Assembly: GCF_000315625.1 (NCBI RefSeq)
Contig: NW_005434657.1
Location: forward strand, 684,388-748,387
Origin: Guillardia theta CCMP2712
Lineage: Eukaryota; Protista; Cryptophyta
DNA length: 64,000 nucleotides
Reading direction: 5' to 3'
Both the position numbers and the translations under genes were made by a program. Shown one piece after another: positions 40,468 through 52,441 of the stretch. The number at the start of each line of letters is the position of its first letter. Position 1 is the first letter of the stretch. The notes beneath the pieces were generated by a model. The model saw nothing but the letters and a program-made list of their open reading frames with translations. It was not told where the DNA came from and did no database searches.

Positions 40468-43400
40468 CTCTCCCCTTCCATCTCTCCTCCCGTCCCTCCT
40501 CACAATCCTTCCCCTCTTCTCTCAACTGCTCTATCTCCTCTGCTCTCCTTCCACTCCTCTTCTTCCTGCTACTCTCTCCTCCCTTCTCTCTCCTCTCTCT
40601 CCCCATCCCCTCCTCTCCCCTCTCTGCTCATTCTTCTCCCTTCTTCTCACCTGCAGGTGGTGGATGGTCGGATGGATCAGCCGCGATGCCTCCACGTACC
40701 TTCTGTTGAGATCGTGACCTGCCGCTGTTGTGAGAAGAGAAGAGAAGACAAGAGAAGACAAGAGAAGAGAAGAGAAGAGAAGAGAAGAGAAGAGAAGAGA
40801 AGAGAAGACAAGAGAAGAGAAGAGAAGAGAAGAGAAGAGAAGAGAAGAGAAGAGAAGAGCAGAGAAGAGAAGAGAAGAGAAGAGAAGAGAAGAGAAGAGA
40901 AGAGAAGAGAAGAGAAGAGAAGAGAAGAGAAGAGGAAGAGAGAGCAGACTGACAAGCAAGGAGAAAAGACAAGACAACTAAAGCGAGATGATATAAGGAG
41001 GGTCAGAGGAGAGGAGGAGACTGGAGAGGATACGCGGGGGAGAGAGCCGCATCGAGAAAGATCAGGATAGGTACAGGATCCAGCAGTGACAGGAAGGGAA
41101 CATGGGAAAGTAAAATGGGGAGGAAGAGGAGGAAGAAAGGAAGAGATGAAGGAGAAACTGGGAAGGAGGAGGGAGGAGAGAGGAGAGGAGGAGGAGGGAG
41201 GAGAAGGGAGAGGAGCGAGGAGAGAGGAGAGAGGAAGGAAGAGGAGCAGACCCGCTAGTCCTGTCCTGTAGTTTCCCAGGACGACGCCATCAGGATTCAA
41301 CATGGGGACGATCTTGAAGACAAAACGATTTCTCAACCTTGAAAATCAACTTCATCAACAACACCCAAGACAAACTTGCTCAGTCTCTGTCTCTATCTCT
41401 CCTCTCTAATTCATCACATTCGAACCAATCCTCACTCCCCTCCTCATTCTTCTTCTTCTCCTCCTCCTCCTCCTCCTCCTTCTTCTCCTCCTCCTCTTCC
41501 TCCTCCTCCTCCTCCTTGTCCTCCTCTGCTGCTTTGCCTCCTCCTCCCTCAGTACCGGTCTGCCAACTCCGAGTCACCCGTCAGGAATCGTAAGATCCCA
41601 TCCATCATCCAGCTGCTGTTGGTCTCCCCAGGATGCACACGAGCCTGAGAAGCATGAAGATCAATCCCTCCCTCCCTCCCTCCCTCCTGCTTCTCCTGCT
41701 CTCCATATTCATACTCCACCTCCTCCCTCCTCCTTCCTCCTCCCCTCTTCACTCACAGTAATTACTATCCCCTTCCTTTCATTCCTGGGCAAATAGTCCG
41801 GCCCAGGAACTTCGCGAGGGACCTGGTGGGCAGTTACAAGAGCAACAAGAAGAAGCGACACGAAGAACCATGTTTGTAATTGTCAACACATGACATTTGT
41901 TTCCTGACAGCATGTAAGCAACATTTCTACCAGAGCATCTCTCGTCTCCTTCTTTTACTCTCCTCTCCTCTCCCCTCCCTTTCCCTCACCTCCCCTCCCC
42001 TCTCCTCTCCTCCCCTCTCCTCTCCTCTCCTCTCCTCTCCTGCCACTCACGAGCAATCGTCTTGCACAACAAGTTTTTTTGAAAGAACTCTGACGGAGAA
42101 ACCTGCGAGTCTGCCTGCTTGCCAGATGCTTCTGGATGCTCGATCGCGAACAACAGCCTCTGCAGGTCTAAAAAAACCGTCAAATCACGTCAATCACGCG
42201 ACTGACCTGCCTGTGTATGTGTACGGAAAGCAGTGGGCGATGTAGCAAACGTCGTCATCGAAAGGGAACTGGGAGCAACAGGTCAGGGAGAAGGCGCAAG
42301 AGGTCCTCCAGTGTGTCTCACTTGGACTTCGAAACTCAAAGTGCGATAGAATTCTTGTCTCTCAGTCTCCTGCTCACACGTCAACGGCCCCGCCTCGTCG
42401 TCTCCCTCCCCTCACGTCTCGTCGCTCTATGGTGGTCGGGTTCATCCTGTAAGAGATGTTCTTTCCGCATCGATGCCATCCAACCTGAAGGGAAGTGAGC
42501 GAAAAGGAGAGAGAGGGTCAGACGATAAAGAGTACATGTTGACGCTGTTCCTTCATGGACGAGTACATGAGAGGCTGTAGGCCGCTGGAGAAGCAGTCAT
42601 CTCCTTGTTTCTTTTTTCCCTTCGCTCACCCGCTGTACAGGGATCGAGGCTTCACGAGGTTGACGATGTTGAACCGATAGCTGACGCCTGCGAGGACGAG
42701 GAGGCGGAGGTGAGAGGAGACGAGAGGGGAGAAGAGACGAGAGGGGAGGGGAGAGGAGGGGAGGGAAGGGGAGGGAAGGGGAGGTGAGAAGAGACGAGAG
42801 GTGAGAAGAGACGAGAGGGGAGAGGAGAGGAGGGGAGGGAAGGGGAGAGGTGAGAAGAGACGAGAGGTGAGAGGAGACGAGAGGGGAGGGAAGACGAGAG
42901 GGGAGGGAAGACGAGAGGGGAGGGGAGACGAGAGGGGAGGGGAGAGGAGGGGAGGGAAGGGGAGGGAGGAGAGCAGGGCAAAGGAGAGGATGCTTGCAGG
43001 AAATAAACAGCATTGATGGAGGTAGAAGGGCGACAGAAAGTGACTTGACCTGCTCTCGTGTTTCCAACTTGAAAGTAAAACCATTGAGTATGAGAGTTGG
43101 TATTGTAGTCCGTGCAGAGAAAGAGATCGTAACAGAAATCTCCCGTCTGCAGCAATAGTCTGAACAACCTTCCTCCCCACCTCAACCCTCTCAGCTCACT
43201 CGCACGGCCCGCTGGAGGTTGCCGCTCTCAAACCGAGACTCGAAGACAAGGGTGCTGTCGTTGCTGTTCTTGGGCACGTAGTACGGCGGGAGATGGTCGA
43301 CAACAAACGATCTCTGAATGACTTGTCAAACTTCCGACAACTCGCATTGCCCTTCCTCACAGTCTCTGAGATCATGAGCGGGTTGCTCCTCGAGGCGCGT

Positions 43401-44273
43401 TCGAAGACAACCCTTGAGAACTCAAGGTCTGAGCCATCCGACGGCAGCCTGCCACAGACCGGGGCCTCCGATAGCAACGGCTCGCCTCCATCGTTCCCCT
43501 GACCCACGAAGTGCCTGAGAGGAAGGTTAGTGAGAGGAGAAGCTTTTAAGATGACGCGAGCGAGGCAACCATGGCGGGGGATGCATCAAGGTCTCGATCC
43601 CAGTGCGAGGCGGTTCGAGCACAAGTCGGGGTGGTTGCGAGGGTTTGGCCAGCACAGGAGCTTCTCCGACGAGGTTTTCGTCCGAGGACGAGAGAGGAGG
43701 CTGAAGCTCAAGTCAGACGTCTGCCTCCATCAAGAGACATGCTACCGTCATGTCAGGATCTCTGCCTCCCTCGGAGGACATGTAGCCATCGTCTTCTGAC
43801 ATGTTGTACTCGTTGGCGTTGTCGCTTGACGCTGACTCGTCCGTGGCAGTCTCGCATCGTTTCTTATTCCTACAAGCGTAGAACCACGACAAGAGAACGT
43901 CCTTCTTTCTCTGCATCTCGCTGCACCCCTGAGTGCAGATGACATGCTTGCAATACGGGCAGACTGAATCGATACGAGCGTGTGTCCTGAAACGCCTGGC
44001 TATTCGCTCTTTCCATTGCCTCTTTGTACTGCCTCCGGAATCTTTCATCTCGGAGCTTGATCTGCCCTTCACCGGCGAGCGAGTCAGGTTGCTGAATTTG
44101 AATGCCTACGGAGAGACGACATGAAAAATCTCGTCACTGCCAGCAGCGGCGGCGGAGCTCGGGTTTGGCTCGGAGCGCTCATGGGTCATACTAGAGGCGC
44201 TTATGGCTGACTTCGGAAGCTGAAGACGCATGTAGCACAAGTGTGATGCCCTCGGGAGCTCAATAGCGACCAT
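35723..44273 (-). CDS. Cytosolic carboxypeptidase (M14, CCP/AGBL tubulin deglutamylase), many exons; both ends approximate
   Basis: FESRFESGNL, TQWFYF, YRFNIVNL, AHCFPYTY, ARVHPGETNSSWMM, FKIVPMLNPDGVVLGNYR, DLNR, DLHGHS, FTLEVSF. Confidence 0.93.
40732..40932. repeat. Intronic (AGAAG)n microsatellite
   Basis: Pentamer array. The same motif occurs as (TCTTC)n at 5690-5802 and 48032-48112. Confidence 0.95.
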
Positions 44274-44653
44274 TACAGCAGAGCACCCTCGGACATGCTC
44301 AGAACAGTCTCCTCTCCTTGCTCACTCCTGCCTCCCTCCTCCCCTCCTGCTTTCATCTTGCCGTCCCACTGAGCATTTCATTGTGCCCACCGCCGGAAAC
44401 CCCTAACTAAAAAACAATATTTTTTGTAAATATTGTAAATATTGTTTTAAAGAGGTGTATTGAGAATCCAAGAGAGTGAAATTGTTTCTGGTACTATTGA
44501 TTCCGATCTCCAGTCAATACTTTTTTTAGTACTGAAAAAGTCAAAAGCTAAAACAACAAAAACATTTTATATTTGTACGGTACATATATTGCAAATTTTT
44601 GGAGAATGAAAAAAAACTTGACCGCCTTCTCAAAGTTTTCAACCGACCGGCGA

Positions 44654-47600
44654 ATGGTGGTACCATGGCTGCGGGTTTTGGTAGCGGCGGCGATGGCGGC
44701 GATGGCGAGGGGGAAGGGCAGGGCAGAGCAGAGCGTCTTCCTGGACGGGAAGCAAGGGGGTATGCACGCGCTCCTCCTCCAGCTCGCCTTTTCTTCTTGA
44801 GCCTTTCTTGTTCATCTCCTTTCCTCCACCAGAGCTCGTTTTTCCTATTCCTCCTCTCGGGTGTCATATCTCTTACACCTGCTTTGAGCAGCATTCGCGG
44901 ACAAATATCCCCCAGACCCAGGGTTTGTGTTCGTCAATCCTCGTCGATCCTCGCAGACATCAGCTCCGACGTGGTTTGAAGTGCCGGGGTCGTTGACCCT
45001 AGATGGGTGGATGAGACCGAGGAATCTCTTCATCGGCACAGACATAGAGGGAGGAGTGATTAGCTGCCTTGTCACCGATGACAAGCTGGCATCCTACAGC
45101 GGCTTCGGGGTTCTTGTGAGCGGGCAGCAGTTCAGGGGGAATCTTTTGTTCAAGGCGACGGTCGGGTCGACTCAGCAGACCATCAACAGCACCATCAGCG
45201 AGAACACCTGGTATTACTTCACAGCCATCTTCAACCGGGGCTCCTGCACCAATCAAGTGTGCTCGCCGTCAAGCATGAGTTTGTACATCAACTCTGTCAG
45301 AGTTGCTTCCAGCACGTTTCAGTCATCTGACGGTGAGATCATATTTGCTCTGAAGGTGATGAAGTGAAGATACTGGCAGGAATCTCATTCTGGCCTTCGA
45401 ATGACCTGCTGATCGGGAAACAGTTTCCTATCCCCAGCAATCTCAACAGCCAGCAATACTTTGCTGGGCTACTGGACGAGATGAGGTTCTGGTCAAGAGC
45501 AGTGAGCACTGCAGAAATCCCGATCCTGCAGTACTCCACCATAGGACTGACGACTCCTGTCGCAACATCCCTTCAGGCGTATTGGAACTTCAATGAGGTA
45601 GACGTATTTTCATTTCCTCTCTTTCTTTTGACATCTTTTCATTTCCTCCCTTGCTTTGGCAACGTCATGTCAGGCGGTCTGTACGCCAGACCTCTGCAGG
45701 TGAATCCAAAACCAACCGACTTCTTTTGCTTAAGCTAATCAATCTCATTCAGGGCTGGCAATCAGCTCTGGGCACAGACTCAGGATGGTTCTTACATTTT
45801 GCAGTCAAGCCCCTCAAATTCGCCGCAATGGTGTGTTTGACATGCTTGCGTAGTAAATTCTACTGACGGTTCAGCCAAGTCTGGCGGTTTCCTCATACGT
45901 CAACGTCACGGCAGCTATTCCCGTGGAGATCAACAGCTGTGGCAATTCTCCTCCAGACAACATGCGCTGGTCCAAGTCGAACCTGGAAGCAGGGGGGCAA
46001 CTACGTCCGGCCAGTAGGTTTGAAGCGTGTCTCTCCATCGATGCCGTGGGTCCGTGGGATGGGATGAACATCTACATCGCGAATTGTATCCAGGGCGCAA
46101 CAAACCAGCAGTGGGAAATCACTGCTACAGGACAGATCCGAAGTCAACTCACAGGGACGTGCTTGACGGTGAGAAGCATGAATCGTTCACCAGTCGTTCC
46201 TGATCGATGTTATTCAGGCTGGCGACACTGCAATAGGTGGAGTTGACCTTTGCTGTTCTTGCACAATCAGGTTCTCACACCTTGTTGCACAGGCTCTAGC
46301 GTGTACATCATCGACTGCTACGACTTTCAGATCGGAGCTGTTCCCTTCATTGCGCTCGACGTCATGAACAGACATCATGGCAGCTTCAAGGGGACAGCCA
46401 AGTTCTCAACGCTGGGAGACTCGCTGGGTTGCTGTGCCCCCATCGACACGCCTCCTGAAGTGATCTCCATCGGGGCAGACAACGTGGTTGCGGGTCAAGA
46501 CATCGTGATAGCCGGGGCAATTGGCAAGACGATCACCGTCGAGGTCCTGGCAAGGGACAAGAACGTCAATGACGGAGTCACTATCATGATGCTCGTCCCG
46601 CCCAGCGCTGACGCCGTTTTCGCACCCTTTGACACAGCGCTGAATCCTCGCGTCTACACCTTCACCTGGAGGCCCCTGCTGTCAACCAACTGGACTAACC
46701 CCACCTACGCCGTGTTCCAGGCCTTCGATACCCCGACCAACGAGTACAACGCGAGCGACCCAGCAGACCGAGCCTTCTCGCTGAGAGCTTCGCTGCGGAT
46801 AGAAATTAGGATCCCTCCGCTGCTCGTGTCCCCCACCCCTGTGGACGGCACAGTCTTCACGGTCAACTTCGGTTCCCAGCTCTCCTTCACCGTTTCGGTG
46901 GAGACCCGAGACCCGACAGAAGTAGTTCGCGTCGACTTCGTGGAGGCTGGTCAGTCCTGGTTGCTGCCGCCGCCATCGAACGTGGTGATCGGGCCTCAAG
47001 TCCCGACCCCCACGCCTACCGTGAACGGGATGGTGGACCGCTACAACCCGACGTCGAGGACGTGGACGTTTGCGGCGGAGGCGAGCGACTCCGGCAAGAC
47101 CTACGAGGTTTGCTTCTACGGGTCCAAGGTGAACGTGCTGGGGACGGACAGCAGGACTGAGATCCGATGCGTGAGGATTGTAATACCCATGCCTCGACCA
47201 GTGTTCTTGGCCGGGACGACGGCGAACAACACAAACTTCACGTCTCTTGTTGGCTGCGGTACTTACTTCGACGTGCTGATAGGACAGAATGACACGTCCA
47301 CCGCCTACACCGTCTACGTCACTCCCAGTCATTACGTGCGCTTCCTCTTCAATGGGACGGGACTTGTGTATAACGGGCTCCCCCCGCGAGCGAGGTTCGT
47401 GCAGACAGACGTGTTGGGGTACAGCTTCAACTTCTCCTGGGACCATGACATCGGGGAGGAGGGGCAGTGGATCGTTTGCTTCGAGCTGTCCGACAACGTG
47501 AACATCTCCCGAGTCACCCGCTGCGTCTACATCAACGTCCCTCGCTGCAGGCGCTGTATCAGGGCAGGGGACACGCTCGAGAAAATCGTGAAGCTGTACG

Positions 47601-47931
47601 GGTCCAGCTGGATCGAACTGTTTGGTGAGCTTCCACTCTGTGGTGAACCTCCTCTGACGCAACTGCAGCCGTCAACCCAGCCCTCAACGGCAACCCAGAC
47701 GACCTGCGACCCGGCGACGTGCTGAACGTAGGGGTGATCTACAGGATCTTCAGCGCCAAGACGCTCGTGGAGGTCTCCAACCAGACGCGGTCGACGACGC
47801 GACTGATTCGGCTGCTCAACCCGGACATCAACTCAGACGTCTGGAGCTTTCAAGCGTATGATAGGATATGTATCCTCCCAGCAATGTGCGGGGACACTTG
47901 TGCTGGGTCTGCCAACTGCGATAGACCTTGA
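44654..47931 (+). CDS. Secreted modular lectin-like protein: LamG/ConA + ricin-B + Ig-like repeats + two LysM-like domains
   Basis: Signal MVVPWLRVLVAAAMAAMA. LamG: LTLDGWMRP, NTWYYF, LYIN, FAGLLDEMRFWSRA, YWNFNE. Ricin: NQQW, GQIRS, GTCL. LysM: IRAGDTLEKI...NP...LRPGDVL and LLNPDI...ICILP. Confidence 0.85.
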
Positions 47932-48712
47932 TCCTGCGATCTGACAAGTCCATGCCTCTCATCTTCGATGCTTCTTGTACATGTTTCCTTGTAAATATTG
48001 TATCCATTCATCTCCTGCCCGTTGCGCCTTTATCTTCTCTTCTCTTCTCTTCTCTTCTCTTCTCTTCTCTTCTCTTCTCTTCTCTTCTCTTCTCTTCTCT
48101 TCTCTTCTCTTCTAAAACTTCTTCTCTTCTCTTCTAAAACTTCTTCTCTTCTCTGCTCGCCTCTCCTTCACTCTCGTCGACTTGTTGTGAAGCAAACCAA
48201 GGAGGACGCGAGGATCATCCCTACAAACCCGCCTCAAGCAAACTAATGCTTGATGGCTTTGACATGTGCGATACAGGGGGTACTGGTAATTGTAGTACCG
48301 GTACTTGATCGAATCGAGAGAGAGAATTTAGTATCAAAAGAGGAATCTGATGGGGTGGGTGGTGTACAAAGCAGGGGTGGTAATTATGTTGACCGCTACC
48401 AGTCAGGAGGCAACACAATGGATTGATGGTAGTGGAGAGCAGCGGGAAGGGAGGAAGGGAAGGGAAGGAGAAGGAGAAGGACAGGAGGGAGGGAAGGATG
48501 GCGGGAGAGGGGAAAGGGAGAGAAGCATGATGAAACGGAAGGTTCCTCTATTGTAGTTCGTGATTACATTTCTTGACGAGCTTTTTGAGCATTTTCAGCA
48601 GGCAACGGAGTGTAAGCAGAAGATTCTAGTGTTGAGAGTCTGGTGAAGACGTCCAGCCTTCTTGAACGACGAGCAGACCCATGTAAGACGAGTCGTCACT
48701 ACTGATCGTGAC

Positions 48713-50712
48713 ATGGCGTGGTCCGTTGCTTCTTGTATCCTCCTGCTTGTTGGAGGGCAGTTCATCGGAACCAGCGCGCAGACTACGACTGTGTCGAACA
48801 CGACCAATGTCACTCAGCCGCCCTTTCTCATGGGTAGATGGAAGGTAGCGAGAGAGCCATTCTTGCCGCAGCAGTGATCGTTGTTGTATCAGGTTGACAT
48901 CAGGTTTGCCGAAATGAGGAACAACGTTGGACTGCCGAGTGATCGCGACCTCAATTGACTTCCTCTTGTTGACTGCCATGGCAGATGCTTGCCGGGGGCC
49001 GTTTCCTTACACCTACTCTATTCTTTACGTGATGATGTCAGTGCGAGCTATGAGCTAGGGTGAAAGTTGTGCAGGAGATCTATCAGAAACAAGGATCGGA
49101 CCTCTACGTGCTATGCAGGCTGGGCGACGATTGCAGCTCATACCCCGCGGAGAAAATCTTGCAGCAGGCAAGCAGAGAGAAGAGATTGCAAGTGATTGTT
49201 CTGAGTCAAACTTTGGACAGACAACCACCAAGATTCTCAAGTCTCGATGCGCGTTTCGACCTCACGGACTTTCAGAGTCCAACCTTGACCCTTTCCTGAC
49301 AGCCAAGTGGATAGTCGATTCGAAGCTGGTGATCGTTCGGAAGTGCCTGCTCTGGTCTGATATTTCAACCTTGCAGTCTACAATGTACACAACTCACAGC
49401 ACAGACTTCCAGACAAAGTTTGGTAAACAGCTCTAGTCCATCACCTCGTGCATGATTATGCTGCAAAGGGTTTGCCAAAGATAGTGAGGGCAAAGACATT
49501 TTTCCAACGCTCTGGTCTCGCTGGCATGTGCCGTCCGAGGTAACTTGGAATGCTCCTGTCAGCAGCGGCTCATTTATTGTATAGGACAAGTTTCCCATGG
49601 ATGAAGTACCATGGTCTCCCCTCCCCTCCCCTCTCCTCCCCATCTGTCCCTCATATCTCCTTCTCTTCAGGGGAAGAATCTGCGCTCAGTTTGACTGGCC
49701 CGACGTCACTGCGCTGGGAGATGGATACGCCAATGCGGTGCAGCAGTCATGCAGTATCTGTTCGCATCTGACCGGACGTGTCAGTACTATCGCAATGCTC
49801 TGCGGCATGAGAACATGACGTGGGTCTGGATCAAGGACATCTCAAGTTGCAAGTAGTCGCTGCCTGTCACGCTCATTCATCGCCCTCGTGACACTGAGTT
49901 CAGGTGCTTTCCCAGCTGCTATCAGTGCACGTACAGGGTCGCGGGTCAGTAGCCCCTCATACCTCACGAGTGGAACATGACGCTGTGGCAGGACTGAGCC
50001 CGCAGTTCGAGTTCATCAACAAGACTTGTAGGAGGGGGGATGAGGTTCGCAACTGCTGACGTCACGCGCAGGCCTCGCGACCTACAAGAACACGATAGAT
50101 GACTGCGAGTACAAGATCGTCGGAGTGGGTGTGACAAGGCCCTTCTTGACATCTTGTTTGCTGACTGACCAATGTTGCGCAGGTGGGGGGCCGATGGTGT
50201 ATCCGACAGCGATCACGGACATGCCATGTAAGTCAAACCCTACAGAGAAGCAGCCGCGTCCCTGACTGACGTGTCAACTTGTAGTGGACGATAACGGCAA
50301 CCCAAGGATGTGTTATGTCTACTCGCAGGCACTTGACTGCCTTCTATCTCGATCTTCCTCCTCCTCTGACTCCCTCGTCCTCCTCCTCTGACTCCCTCGT
50401 CCTCCTCCTCTGACTCTCTCGTGAAGATCGTAGGCACCAAGGTGCTGGCGGCAAAGGACGTGCAAGTGCCCGGAGGCGTGATAAGAGCTCTGAGTAGGAT
50501 CACCAGCCTCCTTGTCTGCACGAACTTCTAACGAGGTCCTTGTCCCAGACCTGACAGGCTCGTCGTCGACGCTCGATCGTTCCTTCCTGAGGGCGTCAAC
50601 GATGATGTTTCATCTCAGCGTAAGGGGAGGAAGGAGGCACTCCAGTGTCTCATGGCTACTGGCAGGTTGTCTTGTTGCTCATTCGAGCTTCGACCGACTT
50701 CTGAGGGCCTAG
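48713..50712 (+). CDS. Multi-exon secreted protein of unknown function; 3' end approximate
   Basis: Signal MAWSVASCILLLVGG followed by a series of open exons separated by ~45-60-nt GT-AG introns. Confidence 0.6.
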
Positions 50713-50953
50713 ACAATAAAGTTGAAGAGAAAAAGACTGTCGGATGTCTCAATCAAGCGCCGCTTGCAAAGACGTGTTCAATGACATGTGCATGTGCTTG
50801 AAGTGATGTTGCTTTCGTTTTGAGTTGGAGTGAAGACAAGTGCTTTTAGCTCAACTATCAGAGGGGGTCAAACAAATCGTGCTAAAGGCATCCTTGACAA
50901 GTTCCTTTTTTGAAACACAGACAGCAAGACGGAGATTGTGAGCATACTTTCTA

Positions 50954-52235
50954 TCAATATCTCAGCCCCAACTGAGTCAGGGAGCCCCATGCTACGAACT
51001 TGCTCTGGACCTCATCGAATATGAGGCAGTAGAAGGCATCTTCGCTCTCCGCGCACGTGTGATTTCTCTGGCATACCCAAGTGAGGTATCGATCGCGCAC
51101 CATCAGCTTCCCCAGCCCACCAGTCAACCAGTCACTCGCTCGCGCCACGAACTGTGAGGTCAGCAGCTCAGTCCACGTGAAGTTGAGCCAGCACCTTGAA
51201 CTGTGTGCTTCGGAGCCTCGGGGAAGTGCAAGAGGAACACAAGTCGACGACAAGTTTCCTTGCTGGGAGACACCGTACAGCTTCACGTCCACATAGTCAG
51301 AGGCGTTGACCTCCGAGGGGAAGTCAAGCTGCTGGAAGTTTTCTTTGCATCTCCAAGAGCACTCGGACGTGTAGTGAGCGAAGAGAGGGATGTGCGACTG
51401 ACATGGCACGCACCTACTAGTGAGGACGATTGTGCTTATGGAGCTATCCCCGAGGTACAAGAGATCTCCAGACTTCGACACTCTGAGAGAATATAGCCTC
51501 AACCCTGTCCCTCCAGCTGGGAGGATGCTGGAAGTAGTGACGGCATAACTTTCAGTAGAGATGTTGTAAATCAAATCGTCCCATCCCATCATTAGAAGCC
51601 ACTTGCCGTCTGGTGAGATAGCAAGATTGTATGACGCGACTTGCAATGTCTGGACCGTTGACACATTCCCGTCAGAAGTACTCACCTTTCTTATGCTTGT
51701 TCGAATGTAGCCGCTGGGGCAGTCGCTGACGTACAAGAAGTTGTTGTCCGAGGAAAGCACAAGACCGTAAATCCAGTAAAAACTTCGCGTCCGTTGCGCT
51801 TCCGTCGCTCGTTCCCCTGGTGGACCCAGCAAGAGTTGACACGGTTTGAGTCGGCAGGTGAATTTTGCGAATTCTCGCCCAGTGATTGTCCAAATCGCAC
51901 ACGTAGAGATGCTGGTCGTCAGGCGTGATTGCGAGCGATTTCAGATAAAGAAACTGAGCAGACGTACCAACGCCGTCGCTGATTCCCTTGCTCCCTCCAA
52001 GCTGCGAGATCATCTGGAAGTTGCGTTGGAGGTTGTCACGTAGATTGATCGATCATCAGACGTGATGGCGCAACCCCAAGGATATTCGAGCGGTAGATAC
52101 TGAAACTCGATCTCCATTCCTCCTGTCACACTGTCCTTGAGCTTGATCCTTGTGACATAGCCAGGGACTGTGAAGCTCGTGGTGTACAGGTACTCTCCGT
52201 CGTTGGACGGAACGATCGCAGCGGTTTGCTCGTAC
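50954..52235 (-). pseudogene. NHL-repeat beta-propeller gene with two frameshifts and no visible start or signal peptide
   Basis: Repeats DGVGTSAQF, LYVCD, IRKI, VSTLAGS, DGSATDAKF. Frame breaks near 52015 and 51780. Confidence 0.65.
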
Positions 52236-52243
52236 TGATTTTT

Positions 52244-52420
52244 AACTTAACTTTGAGTAAAGCTTTTACTCATCTGCGTATCCAGTACAACCAGCGCGGC
52301 TACGAGATTTGACGTCTCCTGTACTCAAAGTTGACGGCGTCAGAAGTTGATTGAACTTTGGAACTTCTAAACTTTTGCGTTCGGAAACTTTGAGATGAAC
52401 TTGAAAAGTTCGAAAGTTTT
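52244..52420. promoter_or_regulatory. Dense AACTT/AAGTT motif cluster immediately 5' of the IQ gene
   Basis: About ten copies in both orientations, ending ~20 bp before the ATG at 52442. Confidence 0.5.
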
Positions 52421-52441
52421 GTGTGGAAGCATCGGGCCGTG

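Noticed and set aside
46682-47662. Long antisense ORFs (also 27299-27907, 32136-33236 and 11-559)
   Set aside because: They are shadows of GC-rich coding sequence on the other strand and have no motifs of their own.
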